Position numbers and translations under genes: made by a program
In this document: positions 23,966 through 28,034 of the stretch, piece by piece
Layout of the letters: each line of letters starts with the position of its first letter
Position numbering within the stretch: the stretch's first letter is position 1
The notes under the pieces: generated by a model
The model's database searches: none
What the model was told of the DNA's origin: nothing
The model's input: the letters and a program-made list of their open reading frames with translations, nothing else
NCBI RefSeq assembly: GCF_006345805.1
Contig: NW_021833551.1
Span: 1 to 28,034 of the forward strand
Source: Octopus sinensis
Lineage: Eukaryota
Direction: 5' to 3'
DNA length: 28,034 bases

Positions 23966-24711
23966 TAATGGAGACTGCATCTCAAAGAGTTCATTTCTCA
24001 TCAAGGTGAGAAAATACTTCACCTGCCGACGACTACAGGTTTTATACAGTTGATATCGCTTACAGAGAATTCGTACCTAAACAGAGTTAGTCTCTGCAAA
24101 AAGTAACTCTTGTCGTAGATTTAGTGTCTACTTAGAGCTAGTCCCTATAATGAGTTTGTAAAAAGCTTAGGTGAGATTGACATGAAGAAAGTACTACTTC
24201 CAAAGGTGGCGCGATGCCGAAGAAACACTCAAACCACATAAAAAAAAGCAACTGGATTCATTGGTATAAAGACACTCAGTCTCACACAAAGCTTCTGGAC
24301 TACAAGCTTGTTATCTCCCTTTTTTGCTTGTTCAGCCGCAATTATAAGGGCAGGTGTTGCATATGCCAGCCTCCCTCAAACACGCACGATTCACCTGACC
24401 GGTTTCGTTTCTTCATCCATGTTTTGTTTAAAATCTTCCAGGCTCACTTTGGACACTTCGCCCAGTCCTTCCATCCCCGAATATTGTCCCACTTGAACTC
24501 ATTCTTTGCATTTGACTTTCTCGGAGTCTTTAACTTGCAAAAATGTAAGCTGAACATTAACGGCAACCAGAGGGTCTGCGGTGTTCATGATCTCTGCCTC
24601 TTCCCTTAGATCCAGCCAATGAGAGGGCACACCTCTTCTCCACACCACAGTCATTGTTCTTCAGACAACACTCATTAAGCACACACACAAAATACAACAC
24701 ACACACAGACT

Positions 24712-24715
24712 TATG

Positions 24716-24754
<39 letters not shown>

Positions 24755-24840
24755 TAGAATAATAGTACATATGTATACATATATATATTTATATATACAT
24801 ACATATATAAAAATATATATATATAATAGAATAATCGTAC

Positions 24841-24905
<65 letters not shown>
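24712..24905. repeat. (TA)n arrays
   Basis: Direct observation. Confidence 0.95.
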
Positions 24906-24908
<3 letters not shown>

Positions 24909-24965
24909 TGTGTGTTTGGTGGCCTTAATGAAGAGAACGTTCTTGTACAGTATTATATAATATAT

Positions 24966-25163
24966 TTGCAAGAATGAGTAGAGATGGCTTTTTGAGGGCA
25001 TAATTTTTATTTTGATGTTAATAATAATGTTTACAGTGAGTTACTCTGATATGAGTTTCAAGCTTTCAAATAACCGTTTTCAAACTGAAAAATATGTTTT
25101 ACTGATTGCTTAAATAGCAAAATATTTAAGCCATCAAAAAGCCAGCTCTACTCATTCTTGCAA
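24966..25163. mobile_element. MITE with ~30-45-bp TIRs
   Basis: TTGCAAGAATGAGTAGAGATGGCTTTTTGA versus TCAAAAAGCCAGCTCTACTCATTCTTGCAA. Confidence 0.75.
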
Positions 25164-25442
25164 TGGCCCAGTGGTTAGAACAGCGGACTCGCGACCGTAG
25201 GATCGCGGTTTCGATTCCCATACGGGCGTTGTGAGTGTTTATTGAGCAAAAACATCTAAAGCTTCACGAGGCTCCAGCAGAGGGTGGTGATCCTTGCTGT
25301 ACTCTTTCGCCACAACTTTCTCTCTTTCTTCTGTTGGCCTGCTCGCTTAGCCAGCGGGGTGGCGTCATTTGAAGGCTAAAACAGTATGAAGCGCATTGTG
25401 ACCAGCGATGTGTAGCAACATCTGATAGCTTGGTCGGTCACC
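25160..25442 (+). mobile_element. tRNA(Arg)-like SINE (head A + tail 2)
   Basis: Aligns with 14380-14695 from GCAATGGCCCAGTGG to GGTCGGTCAC. Confidence 0.9.
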
Positions 25443-25456
25443 ACATTATATATATA

Positions 25457-25489
<33 letters not shown>

Positions 25490-25490
<1 letters not shown>

Positions 25491-25650
25491 GACAGGCTTT
25501 CAGCTTCCGTCTACCAGATCCACTGACAAGGCTTTGTGTTGGTCCAAAGCTTTAGTAGAAGACACTTGCTCAAGGTGCCACGCAGTGGGACTGAACCCGG
25601 AACTATGTGATCGGAAGCAAATTTCTTACCACACAGCCACACCTGCACCT
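25490..25650 (-). mobile_element. SINE family B, head half only
   Basis: Matches 26860-27023 and stops at the internal (TA)n tract. Confidence 0.85.
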
Positions 25651-25954
25651 GTATTTTCACAAAATGTATACGCCGAAATAGCTACTGTATCTAGCTTCCA
25701 TACTTCGAAGATTTTAGAACATGAATTAATAAAATAGTCAGAGAAGTATGAACTGATCGTATAGACATGGGTTTGGCATATTTTGAGCATCACTCTACCC
25801 AGCACAACTATCAAACTTTCTCTGAAGAACTGCAGAATGTTAACCCCGATGAAATACACCCCAAAGCAAATTAAGGTTTATGCCAGTGTGCCAGAAATTT
25901 CCACCTCATAACTCTATAAAAACTGAATAGGCTATGTCTACAGTGTTGAACCCA

Positions 25955-26320
25955 TTATAAATAAAGAGAAAGCGTTTGAAGGGTACATTAAAAAAGCCTC
26001 GTTGAATAGCTTTGAGATTAACCCCGATACCTGGGGAACGCAAGCACAAGACCACCCTGCCTGGCGAAGAATCACCGACTGGGATGCAACCTCTTGCGAA
26101 CAGAACAGGATTGCGGGCCACAAAGAAAACTCGAACTGCACGAGTCCAGAGCTAACTCCTCGCTTTCTGTCTCAACAGACCACCAATGCTCGAACCTGCA
26201 GCAGAACCTTCTGAGCAAGCATTGGACTGATTCATCACAGCCGGATGCATCGTACCCCGTCTTTTTTCCCCATGTGATGTCTTTGATCATCGTCGACAAC
26301 GACGGACGAACGAATAATAT
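25955..26320 (+). mobile_element. RTE (BovB-like) LINE 3' end
   Basis: KASLNSFEINPDTWGTQAQDHPAWR ... TCSRTF*ASIGLIHHSRMH (C2H2-like end); 3' UTR GATCATCGTCGACAACGACGGACGAACGAA. Confidence 0.88.
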
Positions 26321-26339
26321 TAATATACACCAGCTTTTC

Positions 26340-26560
26340 AGTTTGTGTCTTTATAACATGAACACCGGGTTCCATGCATGTCCTGACTGCCACCCGCACC
26401 CCATACATGTTCTAACTGCTTGCTGTTCCGATAGAACACGCCCCAAACAACCAAACTACACCTGACACAACATCTCATAACTGTCATATTCTCCAAGTAC
26501 CATAAACATCGTCTCCAGATTTCGTTCTTAAACATGCCTGGACTTCCACATTACTACAGA
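26340..26560 (-). mobile_element. Decayed RTE-like LINE 3' fragment
   Basis: EIWRRCLWYLENMTVMRCCVRCSLVVWGVFYRNSKQLEHV resembles the RRL.WYGHV.RM...CVK.C..L.V.G...RGRP.K.W..V C-terminal region. Confidence 0.45.
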
Positions 26561-26604
26561 CCCTTAAAAACATTCATGCACACACACAGACCCTTTACAA
26601 GGCA

Positions 26605-27023
26605 TTTACTCTTACTCTTTTACTCTTTTACTTGTTTCAGTCATTTGACTGCGGCCATACTGGAGCACCGCCTTTAGTCGAGCAAATCGACCCCGGGACT
26701 TATTCTTTGTAAGCCCAGTACTTATTCTATCGGTCTCTTTTGCCGAACCGCTAAGTGACGGGGACGTAAACACACCAGCATCGGTTGTCTAGCGATGTTG
26801 GGGGGACAAACACAGACACACAAACACACACACACACACTTATACATATATACATATATACGACTGGCTTCTTTCAGTTTCCGTCTACCAAATCCACTCA
26901 CAAGGCATTGGTCAGCCCGGGGCTATAGTAGAAGACACTTGCCCAAGATTCCACGCAGTGGGACTGAACCCGGAACCATGTGGTTGGTTAGCAAGCTACT
27001 TACCACACAGCCACTCCTGCGCC
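26605..27023 (-). mobile_element. SINE family B, full length, (GAGTAAAA)n tail
   Basis: Minus strand begins GGCGCAGGAGTGGCTGTGTGGTAAG; collinear with 9988-10385. Confidence 0.93.
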
Positions 27024-27092
27024 TTTTACTTTTTTCATTTTTTAATCTCGGTGTTTGCGATATGTTTATGGATTAGACAGGACGAAAGGGAA

Positions 27093-27398
27093 GGCGCGTG
27101 CCTTAGCGGTAGGGATATTCGGCTCGCAATCGTTAGGTCGTGTGTTCGATTCCCGGTGACGCATTTTCTTCTTGAGCAAGGTACTTTATTTCGTATTATT
27201 TCAGTCCACATACCTAGCAAAAATGAATTTCAAAGGGCCAGCCTTGTGCCACTCTGTTTCACGTTGAATCTCCTTGAGAACTACGTCAAAGGTACGCGTA
27301 TCTGTGGAGTACTCAGCCACTTGCATGTTAATTTCACGCGTAAGCTGTTCTGTTGGTCGGATCAGCGGGAACACTGGTCGTCGTAACCGATTGAGGGC
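27093..27398 (+). mobile_element. tRNA-derived SINE (head C + tail 1)
   Basis: GGCGCGTGCCTTAGCGGTAGGG...GTGTTCGATTCCCGG head; tail shared with 4717-4900 and 7544-7720. Confidence 0.8.
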
Positions 27399-27426
27399 CA
27401 GTTCAGTTTAGCGAGGGTGATCGAGC

Positions 27427-28020
27427 GGCGAACTGGCAGAAACGTTAGCGCGCCGGGCGAAATGCGTAGCAGTATTTCGTCTCCCGTTACGTTCTGGGTT
27501 CAAATTCCGCCGAGGTCGACCTTGCCGTTCATCCTTTCGGGGTCGATAAACTAAGTACCAGTTACGCACTGGGGTCGATGTAATCGACTTAATCCGTTTG
27601 TCTGTCGTTGTTTGTCCCCTCTGTGTTTAGCCCCTTGTGGGTAGTAAAGACAGGTATTTCGTCTACCGTTACGCTCTGAGTTCAAATTCCGCCGAGGTCG
27701 ACTTTGCCTTTCATCCTTTCGGGGTCGATAAACTAAGTACCAGTTACGCACTGGGGTCGATGTAATCGACTTAATCCGTTTGTCTGTCGTTGTTTGTCCC
27801 CTCTGTGTTTAGCCCCTTGTGGGTAGTAAAGAAATAGGTATTTCGACTGCCGTTACATTCTGAGTTCAAATTCCGCCGAGGTCGACTTTGCCTTTCATCC
27901 TTTCGGGGTCGATAAAATAAGTACCAGTTGCGCACTGGGGTGGATGTAATCGACTTAATCCGTTTGTCTGTCGTTGTCTGTCCCCTCTGTGTTTAGCCCC
28001 TTGTGGGTAGTAAAGAAATA
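27427..28020 (+). mobile_element. SINE family D with a single head and three tandem ~183-bp body units
   Basis: Head GGCGAACTGGCAGAAACGTTAGC occurs once; the unit starting TATTTCG recurs at 27473, 27655 and 27839 (periods 182 and 184). Confidence 0.92.
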
Positions 28021-28034
28021 TATATCATTGAGAG

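Noticed and set aside
27473-28020. Regular ~183-bp repeat array as a CRISPR or satellite gene cluster
   Set aside because: There are no unique spacers or cas genes, the context is eukaryotic, and the units are SINE-D bodies.

Overview
AT-rich, repeat-saturated eukaryotic DNA with no confident host protein-coding gene, so probably intronic or intergenic. The SINE types and microsatellite load suggest a coleoid cephalopod such as Octopus; this is an inference. Most ORFs in the supplied track are translations of microsatellites or out-of-frame pieces of decayed retrotransposons. Identifiable content: (1) a ~3-kb R4/Dong-clade retrotransposon (RT, CCHC finger, RLE endonuclease) on the minus strand at ~9.5-12.5 kb, split by a SINE and a Helentron-like insert, plus further (TAA)n-tailed ends; (2) several RTE-clade fragments, one CR1 3' end and Penelope-like fragments; (3) tRNA-derived SINEs of at least four head types with swapped tails; (4) Helitron/Helentron non-autonomous elements and several MITEs; (5) many simple repeats. 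The most interesting signal is a set of type I hammerhead ribozyme motifs in short non-coding elements embedded in (TA)n arrays. Two have an intact catalytic core (9337-9399 +, 20226-20260 -) and several are mutated. All family assignments come from manual translation and motif recognition, not database searches.
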